Positions 49,507 to 60,543 of a DNA stretch of 64,000 nt are shown one piece after another. The stretch lies in contig CANRPC010000006.1 of NCBI GenBank assembly GCA_947632435.1, positions 4,923 through 68,922 of the forward strand, written 5' to 3'. Origin of the DNA: an uncultured Bacilli bacterium (GTDB taxonomy: Bacteria > Bacillota_I > Bacilli_A > RFN20 > CAG-449). Under the pieces are notes generated by a model. The model was not told the DNA's origin. It saw nothing but the letters and a program-made list of their open reading frames with translations, and searched no databases. Within the stretch, counting starts at the first letter, position 1; every line of letters starts with the position of its first letter. The translations under genes were made by a program, and so were the position numbers.

Positions 49507-51054
49507 TTAACGTTTAGATTCTTCAACCATTATTTTAAGCCAGGAACTTAATTCTTTAGAAATTTCTTTTTTCAAGATACGGAATTGCCAATTGCCACTT
49601 TCTTTTCCTGGAGTATTCATACGAGTTTCTTTTGGTAATTTTAATAAGTCCTGCATTGTAAAAATACACACTTTGGCATTTGATCTAAATAAAGATCCTA
49701 TTAAAGTATCATAAATATCTTCTTCTTTTTCTAAATTTAAATAATCAAGCATCGCAGGAATTTGATCTTTATTTTCTAACAAGAAATTAGACAAAACATC
49801 ATTATCATGAGTACCAATATACGCTACACATTCTTCTAAATAATTATGTGGTAAAAAAGGATTTACCAATTTCATTTCTTTTATTTCTTTTGCAGTCATA
49901 TTCGCAATTTCATTATTTAATTTTAAATCCTTTTTTAAACATTCTTCATAATCACTAAAAGCAAATTGATAAACTTTTAATCCTGGAAATTTTGTTTCTT
50001 TTAAAAGTTTTTTTACATCATCTTCAATAATTCCTAAATCTTCTGCGATAATGTTTAAATTTTTAATTTTATTTTGCATTGTTTCAAAAAATAATAATCC
50101 AGGACCTTGTTTCCAAATACCTTTTTTGGCATTTTTTGCATTTGCTTTAATTTCATAATATGATGCAAATGCTCTAAAATGGTCAAGTCTAATATAATCA
50201 AACAATTTCGAAGCAAATTTCAATCTTTGCACCCACCATTTATAATGTCTTTTTTTTAGTTTATCCCAATCATAAATCGGATTCCCCCATAATTGACCAT
50301 TTTCAGAAAAATAATCAGGTGGTACTCCAGCAATTTTGGTTGGATAATGTTCGCGATTTACTTTAAACATATTAGCATTAGCCCAGACATCAACAGAATC
50401 TGAAGCAACATAAAAAGGCATATCACCAATTATTTTAACATTTTTCCTTTTAGCATATTTTTTTAACGATTTATATTGTCTAAATGCTTCATATTGAACA
50501 TAAATCCAAAATTTAAGTTCCTCGATATGTTCTTTTGCAAAATTAGTTAGGGCATTCTTTTTATGTAATTTTAGATCTCTAGGCCATAAAGAAAATGCCA
50601 CATCATTTTCTATTTTTTTTATCGTCATAAATAAAGCATAATCATATAACCATTTTTTATTTAATCGATAAAAAGAAGCAATTTTCTTTTCTTCCTTTTC
50701 ATATGCTTTAACTGATGCTTTTTTTAATATTGCAAAACGAGTTTGATATAAATAACCATAATCGACAAATCGCCCTTTTTTTGCTTTCAAATTAATTACA
50801 TCTTCTTTAGATATATATTCTCTTTTGATTAAATAGTCCAAATCAATAAAATATGGATTTAATGCATAAGAAGAAATACCTTGATAAGGTGAATCACCAT
50901 ATGAAGTAGGATTTAATGGTAATACTTGCCAATATTTTTGTTTAGAAGCATTTAAAAATCGAATAAATTTTCTTGCTTCTTTACCAAATGTTCCTATACC
51001 ATATTTGGATGGCAAAGATGAAATATGTAATAAAATTCCTGAACCTTTTTCCAT
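49507..51054 (-). CDS. malQ: 4-alpha-glucanotransferase (amylomaltase, GH77).
   Basis: N-terminus GILLHISSLPS.YGIGTFG. The motifs DSVDVWAN, LWGNP and IRLDHFRAF. Confidence 0.85.
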   Translation of the reverse strand: MEKGSGILLHISSLPSKYGIGTFGKEARKFIRFLNASKQKYWQVLPLNPTSYGDSPYQGISSYALNPYFIDLDYLIKREYISKEDVINLKAKKGRFVDYGYLYQTRFAILKKASVKAYEKEEKKIASFYRLNKKWLYDYALFMTIKKIENDVAFSLWPRDLKLHKKNALTNFAKEHIEELKFWIYVQYEAFRQYKSLKKYAKRKNVKIIGDMPFYVASDSVDVWANANMFKVNREHYPTKIAGVPPDYFSENGQLWGNPIYDWDKLKKRHYKWWVQRLKFASKLFDYIRLDHFRAFASYYEIKANAKNAKKGIWKQGPGLLFFETMQNKIKNLNIIAEDLGIIEDDVKKLLKETKFPGLKVYQFAFSDYEECLKKDLKLNNEIANMTAKEIKEMKLVNPFLPHNYLEECVAYIGTHDNDVLSNFLLENKDQIPAMLDYLNLEKEEDIYDTLIGSLFRSNAKVCIFTMQDLLKLPKETRMNTPGKESGNWQFRILKKEISKELSSWLKIMVEESKR

Positions 51055-51071
51055 AATACTCCTTTATTTTA

Positions 51072-51743
51072 TTATTTACTTAAAAAATTTAAAATGTCAT
51101 TTATAATTTCTTTAACATATGTTAAACCAAATAAATGTCCATATGTATAAGTTTTAATTTCTATGTCTTTTATATATTCTTTTAATAAATCAGCACTTTT
51201 TTTAAAAAATTTATCATCATTAGAGGAATACATTAAATAAGCTTTGTTAGAAAAATTATTGATTCTAGCATCTAATACAAAAGATGTATTATCATTAACC
51301 ATTTTTTTGAATTTAGCTTTTGTAAGTTGTTTTTTATTATTAACTGCTTCTTCATCTTCTTTAAAGCGTAATTTTGCACTTATACGAATTGGTGTTTTTA
51401 ATAATCCAAGATAACAACATGATAGCGATTCAAAAATAACTTTTTTAATTAATGTTGGTTCTTCTTGAATCATTTCTAAAGCAATTTGCGCTCCTAATCC
51501 GCGTCCAAAGACATAACAATTATCACTTCTATTTTTTATAAAATCACAAATGCTTTTAGCATTTTCTTTAATCGATGTATAATCATTTTCAAAATCATCA
51601 CCATGTCCAGATATAGAAACTAAATAAAGACAATAATTTTGAAAATATTCTAAATATTCATCCCATTCTTCAAAAGAAGAATTGCCTCCATGAATTAAAA
51701 CTAAAATTTTATTTTTTTCAGGATTTAAAATTTTAATCTTCAT
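51072..51743 (-). CDS. Alpha/beta hydrolase-fold protein.
   Basis: LVLIHGGNSS is present. The nucleophile elbow reads GRGLG, with Gly where a Ser would be expected, so it may be non-catalytic. Confidence 0.5.
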   Translation of the reverse strand: MKIKILNPEKNKILVLIHGGNSSFEEWDEYLEYFQNYCLYLVSISGHGDDFENDYTSIKENAKSICDFIKNRSDNCYVFGRGLGAQIALEMIQEEPTLIKKVIFESLSCCYLGLLKTPIRISAKLRFKEDEEAVNNKKQLTKAKFKKMVNDNTSFVLDARINNFSNKAYLMYSSNDDKFFKKSADLLKEYIKDIEIKTYTYGHLFGLTYVKEIINDILNFLSK

Positions 51744-51747
51744 AAAT

Positions 51748-52434
51748 TTAACACTTATCCTTCTTAAAATATTTTTTTAAAGACTGTTTTTCTTTATTGC
51801 TTACTTGTAAAGAATCATATATTTTTCTTAAAGTAAATTTTTTTAAATTTTTTGAATCATCTAATGTTTCTAAAAAGGCAATTATCCTTTTATGATCTTT
51901 TAAATACAAATTAGATAAAAGCCAAGCTTCAGCCATTAAAACATAATATTTTGCATCTTCATAAATAAATTTTAATATTTCTTCAATATATTTTTCTTTC
52001 CATGAACAAGCATTTAAAAAAGTATAGCAGGAGCGAGATAAAAATTCACTTTGACTATGATAATTTTTTTTAACATAATTTTTTAAAACCAAATAGTCAT
52101 TTTCATTAAATTTTAAAGATGAAGAAACCCCATCTATAATTGCCCAATTATCAACATTGAGAAAAGATTTTTCATAAAAGTCTAATTTTTCTTGTAGAGA
52201 TTTATTAGAATATGCTAACGCCACATTTAAAATAAATTCTATTTCATAAATTCCTTGACAATTTAATTGACTTAAATTAGCATCGTTAGCAATTTCTTGA
52301 GCTTTTTTTCTTAATAATGATGTTTTTACACCATAAAATTTTAAATTACTTTGAATAATTTTTTTATCAAATTCAGCCTTTTTATTATTTTGATTTTCTG
52401 TTATAAAAAATAAAACTTCTTGTAATAAAAGCAT
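51748..52434 (-). CDS. DNA alkylation repair protein (AlkC/AlkD HEAT-like family).
   Basis: FYGVKTSLLRKKAQEI, VDNWAIIDGV and YYVLMAEAWLLSNL match the family pattern. Confidence 0.55.
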   Translation of the reverse strand: MLLLQEVLFFITENQNNKKAEFDKKIIQSNLKFYGVKTSLLRKKAQEIANDANLSQLNCQGIYEIEFILNVALAYSNKSLQEKLDFYEKSFLNVDNWAIIDGVSSSLKFNENDYLVLKNYVKKNYHSQSEFLSRSCYTFLNACSWKEKYIEEILKFIYEDAKYYVLMAEAWLLSNLYLKDHKRIIAFLETLDDSKNLKKFTLRKIYDSLQVSNKEKQSLKKYFKKDKC

Positions 52435-52436
52435 AC

Positions 52437-53651
52437 TTACTCGCTCATAAATTTTTCGATATCCGCGATTTCTTTAATAATATTATCACTTAAACAAACG
52501 CAACCATTTTCAGTAATTAAAAGATCATCTTCAATACGTATACCAATTCCTAAAGAAGAGAAATATAATCCTGGTTCGTTAGAAATAACATTACCAACTT
52601 CTAGAATAGTATCTCGACCCATTGGATCATGAACATCTAAACCTAAATGATGTGATATACGATGAAAATAAACATCTTTTATTTCATCGTAATTATTTAT
52701 TAATTTTTCTTTTAAACAAGCATTTGCCAAAAATTCAACTGACTCTTCATGTAACTTTTTCATAGACATTGATGGTTTAGCAATTTGTCTAATGTATTTA
52801 TTACAGTCAAGAACAATTTGATAAATTTTTTTTTGCATTGGTGTAAATTTACCACTTATAGGATAAGTTCTTGTTATATCTGCATTATAATAATTAATTC
52901 TTGCTCCTAAATCCAATAAAATTAATGAATCTTTTTCTAAAGAAGCATTATTTTCATGATAATGTAACGTAGTTCCATTTTTAGCGTTACCACATATTGT
53001 TTGAAAAGCAGGAGTCGCGTGTGCTAAAGAAAAAATACGTTCTTCAAAATGAGCTTGTACTTCTCTTTCATTTTTAAATAACTTCATATTTTTCATAACT
53101 GATTGTAATGCAAGATTTGTTATTTCAATGGCATTTTTAATTTCTTTAATTTCTTCATCATCTTTTTTAGCTCTTAATTTAATTATATCATTATAAACAT
53201 CTTTAATTATAATATTAGCATTAAGTTCCAAAGCAATTTTTTGAAAAAATTTTCCATAATTTAATCCACCTAATAATTCATTTTCTTCTAAATCAAGAAA
53301 AACTTTTTTATTATTAAATACTTCTTTATAAAAATCTTTGTTATTGCTTGAAGCAATTTTTTCGATTTGCGATATTTTTTTTGCTTCTTCATGCGTATAA
53401 TAATAACCAATCCATCTTGCTAATTTTTCATCATTATCAAGCACATATAAAATTTCATTTCTTGTTTTCAAATCAACGACTAAATATGAATCATGTTGAT
53501 CAATACCTGTTAAATAATAGAAATTTCTATTTACAGAAAATGGATAATTATCATCTGCAGAACGTTTAATTTCAAATCCTGAACAAAGGAATAAAATTCC
53601 TTCATTACCTAATAAATCATATAATTTATTTCTACGAATTTTATAATTCAT
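52437..53651 (-). CDS. pepP: Xaa-Pro aminopeptidase (M24B family).
   Basis: DITRT, HHLGLDVHD and GIGIRIEDDLLIT metal-ligand motifs. Confidence 0.8.
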   Translation of the reverse strand: MNYKIRRNKLYDLLGNEGILFLCSGFEIKRSADDNYPFSVNRNFYYLTGIDQHDSYLVVDLKTRNEILYVLDNDEKLARWIGYYYTHEEAKKISQIEKIASSNNKDFYKEVFNNKKVFLDLEENELLGGLNYGKFFQKIALELNANIIIKDVYNDIIKLRAKKDDEEIKEIKNAIEITNLALQSVMKNMKLFKNEREVQAHFEERIFSLAHATPAFQTICGNAKNGTTLHYHENNASLEKDSLILLDLGARINYYNADITRTYPISGKFTPMQKKIYQIVLDCNKYIRQIAKPSMSMKKLHEESVEFLANACLKEKLINNYDEIKDVYFHRISHHLGLDVHDPMGRDTILEVGNVISNEPGLYFSSLGIGIRIEDDLLITENGCVCLSDNIIKEIADIEKFMSE

Positions 53652-54492
53652 TTCTTTTTTTCTCCTTTGGTTCTAAAGAAATTATACAATCAACAATTTT
53701 TTCAAATTCTGGAAGTACATATTCCTCGATTAGACCTTTATCAACAATTTTAGCCAAAGTAGGATCAAATGGTAATGAAGCAATTTTTTCAACATTAAAT
53801 TGTTCATACATTGAATCATTTTTATTTTCACCAAAGACATATATTTTCTTTTTGCAATCTGGGCATAAAACATAAGACATATTTTCTACGACACCTAGCA
53901 CTTTTATATTCATCATTTTAGCCATTTTTAAAGCTTTTTTAACAATCATAGAAACCAAATCTTGAGGTGTTGTAACAATAATAATGCCATCTAAAGGAAT
54001 AGATTGAAATGTTGTCAAACTAATATCGGATGTTCCTGGTGGCATATCAATAACTAAAACATCTTTATCTTCCCAACGAACGTCTGTATAAAATTGACTT
54101 AATAAAGAATTAATTAAACTGCCTCGATATAAAATTGGATCATCATCATTTTCTAATAGCATATTAGAGGAAATAATATCGATGTTAAGAATTTCACTAG
54201 TAGCAGGATATATATATGTTCCATCTCCACTTGCCTTTTGCTTAATATTAAAAGCATGAGGAATAGATGCTCCAGTAATATCAGCATCTAAAATTCCAAC
54301 TGAAAGTCCACGTCGAGAAAGTGCACAGGCAATTAAAGATGAAACAAGTGATTTTCCAACTCCACCTTTTCCAGATACGACACCAATTATTTTTTTGATA
54401 TTTGATTTTGAATTTTGTGCTAAAACCATATCTTCTTGATTTCTTGAAGCACATTCTTCACCGCAACTTGAACAATCATGATTACATGACAT
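53641..54492 (-). CDS. mrp: Mrp/NBP35/ApbC family iron-sulfur cluster carrier ATPase.
   Basis: GKGGVGKS P-loop. N-terminal Cys-rich MSCNHDCSSCGEEC. CPDC motif. Confidence 0.8.
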   Translation of the reverse strand: MSCNHDCSSCGEECASRNQEDMVLAQNSKSNIKKIIGVVSGKGGVGKSLVSSLIACALSRRGLSVGILDADITGASIPHAFNIKQKASGDGTYIYPATSEILNIDIISSNMLLENDDDPILYRGSLINSLLSQFYTDVRWEDKDVLVIDMPPGTSDISLTTFQSIPLDGIIIVTTPQDLVSMIVKKALKMAKMMNIKVLGVVENMSYVLCPDCKKKIYVFGENKNDSMYEQFNVEKIASLPFDPTLAKIVDKGLIEEYVLPEFEKIVDCIISLEPKEKKRNEL

Positions 54493-54508
54493 AATTAAAT
54501 TTCCTCCT

Positions 54509-55111
54509 TTAATTTATTTTTATAAATATATCTTCTTTTCCAATAAATTTTACTTCAATTTCTGCTTTAAATTTATTTATAAGTAAATCAATATTTATAT
54601 TTTCTTTAGCTACTTCTAATAAAATATTTTCTGCAAAAATTTTATTAATTATCAAATAATTTTCTTTTTCTAACATATAGAACATAGTATCAGAATATTT
54701 GTAAGGAACAATAATTTGAATTTTATCTAATTGTTTTCTTTCATAATATTGAACTTTATCTAGAACTTTTAAGCAAGATTCCACATAAGCTCTTAATAAA
54801 TTACTTGCACCAAGTTTTATACCACCAAAATATCTGATTACTATTAATAAAATATGATTAAGTTTTTTACTTTGTAAAACATTTAAAATTGGTCTTCCCG
54901 CAGTATTAATAGGTTCTTTATCATCAGAAAATTTAATAAAATCATCAATAATACATGCATAACAATAATGACTTGCTTTAGGATAACTCTTCTTTATTAA
55001 AACCAAATTTTTTTCTAGTTGTAGCTTATCATCAATTGGTAAACATACCGCGATAAATTCCGATTTTTTTATTTCAATTTTATTTTTATACTCTTCTTTA
55101 ATATAAAACAT
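54509..55111 (-). CDS. yigZ: IMPACT/YigZ family protein (UPF0029).
   Basis: 200 aa. N-terminal pattern KKSEFIAVC. Overlaps the giant gene's stop by 4 bp. Confidence 0.6.
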   Translation of the reverse strand: MFYIKEEYKNKIEIKKSEFIAVCLPIDDKLQLEKNLVLIKKSYPKASHYCYACIIDDFIKFSDDKEPINTAGRPILNVLQSKKLNHILLIVIRYFGGIKLGASNLLRAYVESCLKVLDKVQYYERKQLDKIQIIVPYKYSDTMFYMLEKENYLIINKIFAENILLEVAKENINIDLLINKFKAEIEVKFIGKEDIFIKIN

Positions 55112-55113
55112 AA

Positions 55114-58100
55114 TTACATGAATAAAGTTGGATGCTGTAATAAAATTTGTGTAAGTTTAGGAAGCCAAACATTTTCAACATGATATTCAATTGAATAATT
55201 TGTCCCATTTTCGTTTACTGTAAATAGCCCTTTAATGTCTACTTGATTTTCTATAAGTTTTTGACCAAAACTAGACTCATAAATAGCATTTTCAATATAA
55301 TTATTATTCAAAAGTTCACATGCAAAGCGAGCATTAATTCCATCCTCTAATAAAATATGTTGATTATCTCTAGGTGCAGAATTTTCTGATTTTCCTGGTC
55401 CTAAATTACGATATAATTCAGGTTTTAGAAGATTTTGTGCATCGCTAAAGTTATTTAATGTAGTAAAGTCATTATGTAAATTCAATATAGTTTTAATTGC
55501 TTCTTTTTCATAATCATTAAAGCAATTAAATACATATTTATATGCATATATATCAAGATAATTAATATCAAGATCATGAGCTTTCTCATTAAATAAATTA
55601 AACATAACTTCAGAAATTAAATAACCTCGAATATATTTATCTTCATTTATCATATCTTGTTCAGCAATAATATTATTTGCTTCATCAGCTTCATTTAAAT
55701 AATTATATGCATTTCCATTATATTGATAAACTAAACTATATAAATCAACAATATTATCAATTTCTTCTCTAGATAAATCACCAGTCATAGTAATATTAAT
55801 GTTTGAAGATACTTTAGTTAAAGCATCATCTAAAAATTTTCCTTCATATGCCCAAGTATTTTCCTCTGCATTTAATTTTTCTTGACGTGGTTCAATTTTT
55901 TCTAAACAAAGATATTTGATTGTATCACGTTTTTTCTTAGCAACTTGATTAATATCACCATCATATTGCTCATCATATCCCTGAATTTTATTTGGTGCAT
56001 CGGCGATACAAGAAATATATTGAGAAATATTTGAGGAGTCCATTGTTTTATATAGGAAATCGTAGAACATTGGTTCAATAATTTTTGAATCTTTTAGTGC
56101 TGGTAAAATTTTTTCGATTTTAACTAAATTACTTGAACTAAAATCATAATTTTCAAAATCAATTATATGATTATTATTATCAACATCACTATAAGATAAA
56201 GCTGTTTTTAATTTTGTAATATTATTAATTTCATCGCTCCAAACAGAAATTTTATCAGCAAAATATATTTTATCTTTATCAAGATTATAATTTATTTGTG
56301 TAGCTATTTCATTTTCATCTATACGATAATAGTCAATTTTTACATGATTTAATAAAGTTCTTGAAATATAAATTGTTCCATCGTGAAGCAAATATGATTT
56401 ATTAATATAATTCATAATTGTCGCTAAGGAATTATCATCAATTGTTGAATAATCTCCTCCATTTAAAGTTCCATTATTCATTACTTCAGCAAGTTCATTA
56501 CAATTAACAATATCATTCAAAGAAGTTATTTCTTCTTTCCAAGTTCTAAATGTTTGATCTGCTTGAAGAACGCCATTATTTGAAAATCCAGATTCATCAA
56601 TAAATTGTTCATAATTAGACATTTCTAATACTTTATGTAACATATAATTTGATGCATTATTATATCCTTTATGTATTTCCGCATCAAAAGAAATATCAGC
56701 CAATTTTAACTTATTCATAGCAATAAGAATTAATCTTTCAAATATTGTTGTCTTTCCTATATTTGATGATTCATTTCTTAATTTAGTATTATGGAATATT
56801 ATTGAATCATGTAAATTTGTAAGTAATGGTTCAAGGAAAAGTTTAATATCATCAAAACTTACATTTTCAACTTGGAATGAATCGAATTCATTTATAACAT
56901 TAAATATATGCTCAATTTCAATATAACGTAATTCACTTTCTAATTCTCTTTTAGTTAATGTTGAATTATCAATTGTTTTATCCGTTACAATATTATTTAA
57001 ATAATAATTAAAATTATTTCCTTCATAATTTAATTCATTTTCAAAAGCGTCAGTATAAATAAGATTTTCATTATTTGCAAACAAATCATTTAATGTACTT
57101 TCACTTGAATTAAAGGTTTGATTAATTGATTTTGCAATAATATTGCCAAATATAGTTCTTAAGAAAATTATATCATTAAGGCCTGCAGTTTCTTGTTCGG
57201 TTTCTTTATTACCAATTAAAAATTCTTTAATTGCATCAATAGAATTTTCATTAGTTAAATCAATGTTTAAATTACCATTTTCATCTTGTAAAGAAGACAT
57301 TTGGAAAATAATATCACAAAATTTATTTATTTCTGTATCCCATTTTGAACCGCGTGATAAATTTGCACTTGTACCATCTAAATATAGATAATTTTTGTCA
57401 TCTAAAGCAAATGAGAAATCTTCTTTTATTTTTGCTTCATCATCATTATTTATATAATCTTTCAATGGTTCTTTTATTAAATCATATAATATTAAACCTA
57501 AACGATCATATTCTTTTCCATTTTGATTTATAGGTGATTCTACCATATGTAGCTTAGCAAATGAACTTAATAAAGTATTTAAAGATTCTTTGTTATTTTC
57601 ATCTGAAATTACCTCAGATAAATTGAATCCATTATCTGTTTGTAATTGTTTTAAAGATTCTATAATATTTGCGATATTTTTACTTTCTTCTTTCCACATT
57701 TGTTTTTGTTTTTCTATTGATTCTTCTTTATCAATAGCGTCAAATTCTAAATAAGAAGCATCTATTTGTGATTCTTCTAAAATTGGTTTAAATTGCTTTT
57801 CTAAAACACTACTTAAACATGGCCTGAAAAAATCAGATTCACTTATAGCATCAATGAGATTAGAGAATGAATCCCCATTAATATCATTTAAAGTAATATT
57901 TTGTTGTTCAAACAAAGAATTGAGTGAATCATCATTTTCAATTGCAGCATATATATTACAAATTTTATCAAATTCGACACTTATATCTTCACAACTATCA
58001 TAAGCTTCTTCTGACAAAGTAATTCCAACATTATTTAATGAAGAATCATTAAAAAGATTTAATATGATTTGTCGTAAAACATTATTTTCTTTAGCAACAA

Positions 58101-60378
58101 TATTTTTATTTGGATTAATAATTTCACAATCAACAAGTTCAGAAAAAATAATTCTTAAATCACTAGAGTTTATACCACTTTCAAATATATTTTCTCCTTC
58201 ACTTAAATTAAATATTGGTGTTGCATATTGAAAAGCATCCAATAATTTAACAAGTTCATTACCTAAATTAGTATCACTAGAAAATTTGTCAAAATTTAAA
58301 TCATTATAATCGACACCAATTTTATCCCAATCAACACTTAATTTCTCTTTGACAATTGGAACAAGAATTGAAGGAATAACTATAGAATCACCCATTTGAC
58401 TTATTGCATCTTTTAAAGTAGATAAATGTTTTTCATTTTCTAAATCAACTTGGAAGTTTGCATTGATAACTAATTCACCATTTTGTCCTTTTAACATTAT
58501 TGGAAAATCGTTTTTATTATAAATTTTAGCAATAAAACGTAGCATTGAATTAATTTCAATTTCCCACGATTCTTTTGTTTCAGGAATAGTGTTTAATTTA
58601 TTTTGAATTTCCACGAAAGTTTTATCATCAAATAATGATCCTTTTAACATTTTTAAAGCAATATTCAATAGTTTATTCATAGAATTAACAACAAAAGGAA
58701 TATCGAATAAACCTCTATTTCCTCCTTTGCCATTTCCAAAGAATAAAGACAATGTTGAAAGATTTTCTTCATTATTTGCAAAAACTATTTTTTCTTCATA
58801 AAAAATATCAAGTAAAATTCCTGGATTGATATCACCAAGCTTTAAAATATCTAAATCTTGAATTTCTTGTGAATTATTTATAGAAGATACACCTAAATTA
58901 TTAGGTAAAGTCATTGCTTCTTTATATAAACCATTAAAATTAAATAAAACATCTACTAAGACATCAAGTAATTCAATAGTGTCAAATTCTTCTTGACGAT
59001 ATCCTTCTGCAGTATCAGGAAAAATTGCAACAAAATCATTAACAGTTACACCATTTTGTATTTCATCTTTTTCTTTATCAAGTTCATTACTAACTAATGA
59101 AGCAAGAATTGGAGGTAAAACAACATCAAGTAAAGTCTTTTTTCCACTATTTTTTATTGCTTCTTGCTTGATTTTAAAATTATTTAATCCTTTTTTTATT
59201 GAATTATAATTTTCATTTGACAAAAAATAAGGTTTATTATCTAAAATTGATTCCGAGACATATCCGTTTTCATTTAAAATTCTAAATAGCTCAACAAAAG
59301 AAGATAAATCCTCACCAAAATTAATATACGAAATTTCCTCTGATAATTTATTAGCTTCTTCTTTAGAAAGTATCATTGAATTTTCATCAACCATATTTAA
59401 AGCAATTTTAGATGCGATAGGCACAACTTCATTTACTAAAAACGCATTATTTAAAATTTTTTGAGTAATTAAATCAAGTGTTTTATCAGATAATAATGCC
59501 GCGACTAATGATCCTTGTGAAACATCTTCAGCAATTGATAAAGTTGAACACGCTGCAGCAAAAACATCTCCAACTACTTCAGCAAAATTAACTTTAGTAT
59601 TAGAATTATTCACATTAACAGTATAGTAATTTATATTATTTCCTCTTCCAGTAAGAACAGCAAAAGTATAATGCAATAATGAATTATTATATCCATTAAA
59701 AATAGGATACATTATTTTCCAATAATCATTTGCTTTATTTTCATCATATTTATAACCATCTTCTAACGCATCATTATAATTTTTTAGCATAACTTCTGTT
59801 ACTGAAAATAATGGAGTTAAAAATGCTGCGCTAACTAATAAAGTTTTTGTGCCATTAACAAATAAACCCCCGATTCTTAATTTATGTTTACGCATAACTT
59901 TTTTAAATATAGGTCGAACAACTAAAATATATAAAATAAAAGTTAAAATAGGTGAAATAATTAGGCAAAGAAGTAAATTAATTATTAAAACAAAAAATGA
60001 TAATATGCTTAAAGCTAATGCATCAACTGCAGATTTCGAAGCAGAAATATCGTATGCTCTTAAAATATCGCTAACAATATCACCAATTTTTTGAGTTAAA
60101 AAAACTTCATTTCCATTAATCATTAAACTCTTGTTTAAAGGTAACCAATTTATAATTTGTGTTATATTAAAATTATAAAATGCTTTTGTGAAATTAATAT
60201 TATTTAGATAAACAATTAAAAGTAATATTATCCAAACAACAAGCTTTAACAATGATTTTATTAATCCTTTTTTCAAACCTGTAAGGCAAGAAATAAGGCA
60301 CATTATCATAATTGCAAAAATAACAATATTACATATCAAGGAAATGTTACCTGATGATAAACTCATTAATAAACTCAT
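55114..60378 (-). CDS. Giant (1754 aa) membrane-anchored hypothetical protein. It has 4-5 N-terminal transmembrane helices and a roughly 1500-aa N/D/E-rich soluble domain.
   Basis: A single uninterrupted ORF. RBS AAAGGAAGAGAG before ATG 60378. No recognisable catalytic motifs. Confidence 0.65.
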   Translation of the reverse strand: MSLLMSLSSGNISLICNIVIFAIMIMCLISCLTGLKKGLIKSLLKLVVWIILLLIVYLNNINFTKAFYNFNITQIINWLPLNKSLMINGNEVFLTQKIGDIVSDILRAYDISASKSAVDALALSILSFFVLIINLLLCLIISPILTFILYILVVRPIFKKVMRKHKLRIGGLFVNGTKTLLVSAAFLTPLFSVTEVMLKNYNDALEDGYKYDENKANDYWKIMYPIFNGYNNSLLHYTFAVLTGRGNNINYYTVNVNNSNTKVNFAEVVGDVFAAACSTLSIAEDVSQGSLVAALLSDKTLDLITQKILNNAFLVNEVVPIASKIALNMVDENSMILSKEEANKLSEEISYINFGEDLSSFVELFRILNENGYVSESILDNKPYFLSNENYNSIKKGLNNFKIKQEAIKNSGKKTLLDVVLPPILASLVSNELDKEKDEIQNGVTVNDFVAIFPDTAEGYRQEEFDTIELLDVLVDVLFNFNGLYKEAMTLPNNLGVSSINNSQEIQDLDILKLGDINPGILLDIFYEEKIVFANNEENLSTLSLFFGNGKGGNRGLFDIPFVVNSMNKLLNIALKMLKGSLFDDKTFVEIQNKLNTIPETKESWEIEINSMLRFIAKIYNKNDFPIMLKGQNGELVINANFQVDLENEKHLSTLKDAISQMGDSIVIPSILVPIVKEKLSVDWDKIGVDYNDLNFDKFSSDTNLGNELVKLLDAFQYATPIFNLSEGENIFESGINSSDLRIIFSELVDCEIINPNKNIVAKENNVLRQIILNLFNDSSLNNVGITLSEEAYDSCEDISVEFDKICNIYAAIENDDSLNSLFEQQNITLNDINGDSFSNLIDAISESDFFRPCLSSVLEKQFKPILEESQIDASYLEFDAIDKEESIEKQKQMWKEESKNIANIIESLKQLQTDNGFNLSEVISDENNKESLNTLLSSFAKLHMVESPINQNGKEYDRLGLILYDLIKEPLKDYINNDDEAKIKEDFSFALDDKNYLYLDGTSANLSRGSKWDTEINKFCDIIFQMSSLQDENGNLNIDLTNENSIDAIKEFLIGNKETEQETAGLNDIIFLRTIFGNIIAKSINQTFNSSESTLNDLFANNENLIYTDAFENELNYEGNNFNYYLNNIVTDKTIDNSTLTKRELESELRYIEIEHIFNVINEFDSFQVENVSFDDIKLFLEPLLTNLHDSIIFHNTKLRNESSNIGKTTIFERLILIAMNKLKLADISFDAEIHKGYNNASNYMLHKVLEMSNYEQFIDESGFSNNGVLQADQTFRTWKEEITSLNDIVNCNELAEVMNNGTLNGGDYSTIDDNSLATIMNYINKSYLLHDGTIYISRTLLNHVKIDYYRIDENEIATQINYNLDKDKIYFADKISVWSDEINNITKLKTALSYSDVDNNNHIIDFENYDFSSSNLVKIEKILPALKDSKIIEPMFYDFLYKTMDSSNISQYISCIADAPNKIQGYDEQYDGDINQVAKKKRDTIKYLCLEKIEPRQEKLNAEENTWAYEGKFLDDALTKVSSNINITMTGDLSREEIDNIVDLYSLVYQYNGNAYNYLNEADEANNIIAEQDMINEDKYIRGYLISEVMFNLFNEKAHDLDINYLDIYAYKYVFNCFNDYEKEAIKTILNLHNDFTTLNNFSDAQNLLKPELYRNLGPGKSENSAPRDNQHILLEDGINARFACELLNNNYIENAIYESSFGQKLIENQVDIKGLFTVNENGTNYSIEYHVENVWLPKLTQILLQHPTLFM

Positions 60379-60543
60379 AAATCTCTCTTCCTTTTTAGTT
60401 TTTAAATAAATTTAAAAATAAATTTCAAAACTATTATAATAGATTGTTGCTTTTTTTTGTACAAAAAGTTTTTTTTATTTAAAAAAAGAATTAAGCAACA
60501 TATAATTAAATATAATAAACAAATTAAATTTGAGGAAAATAAA

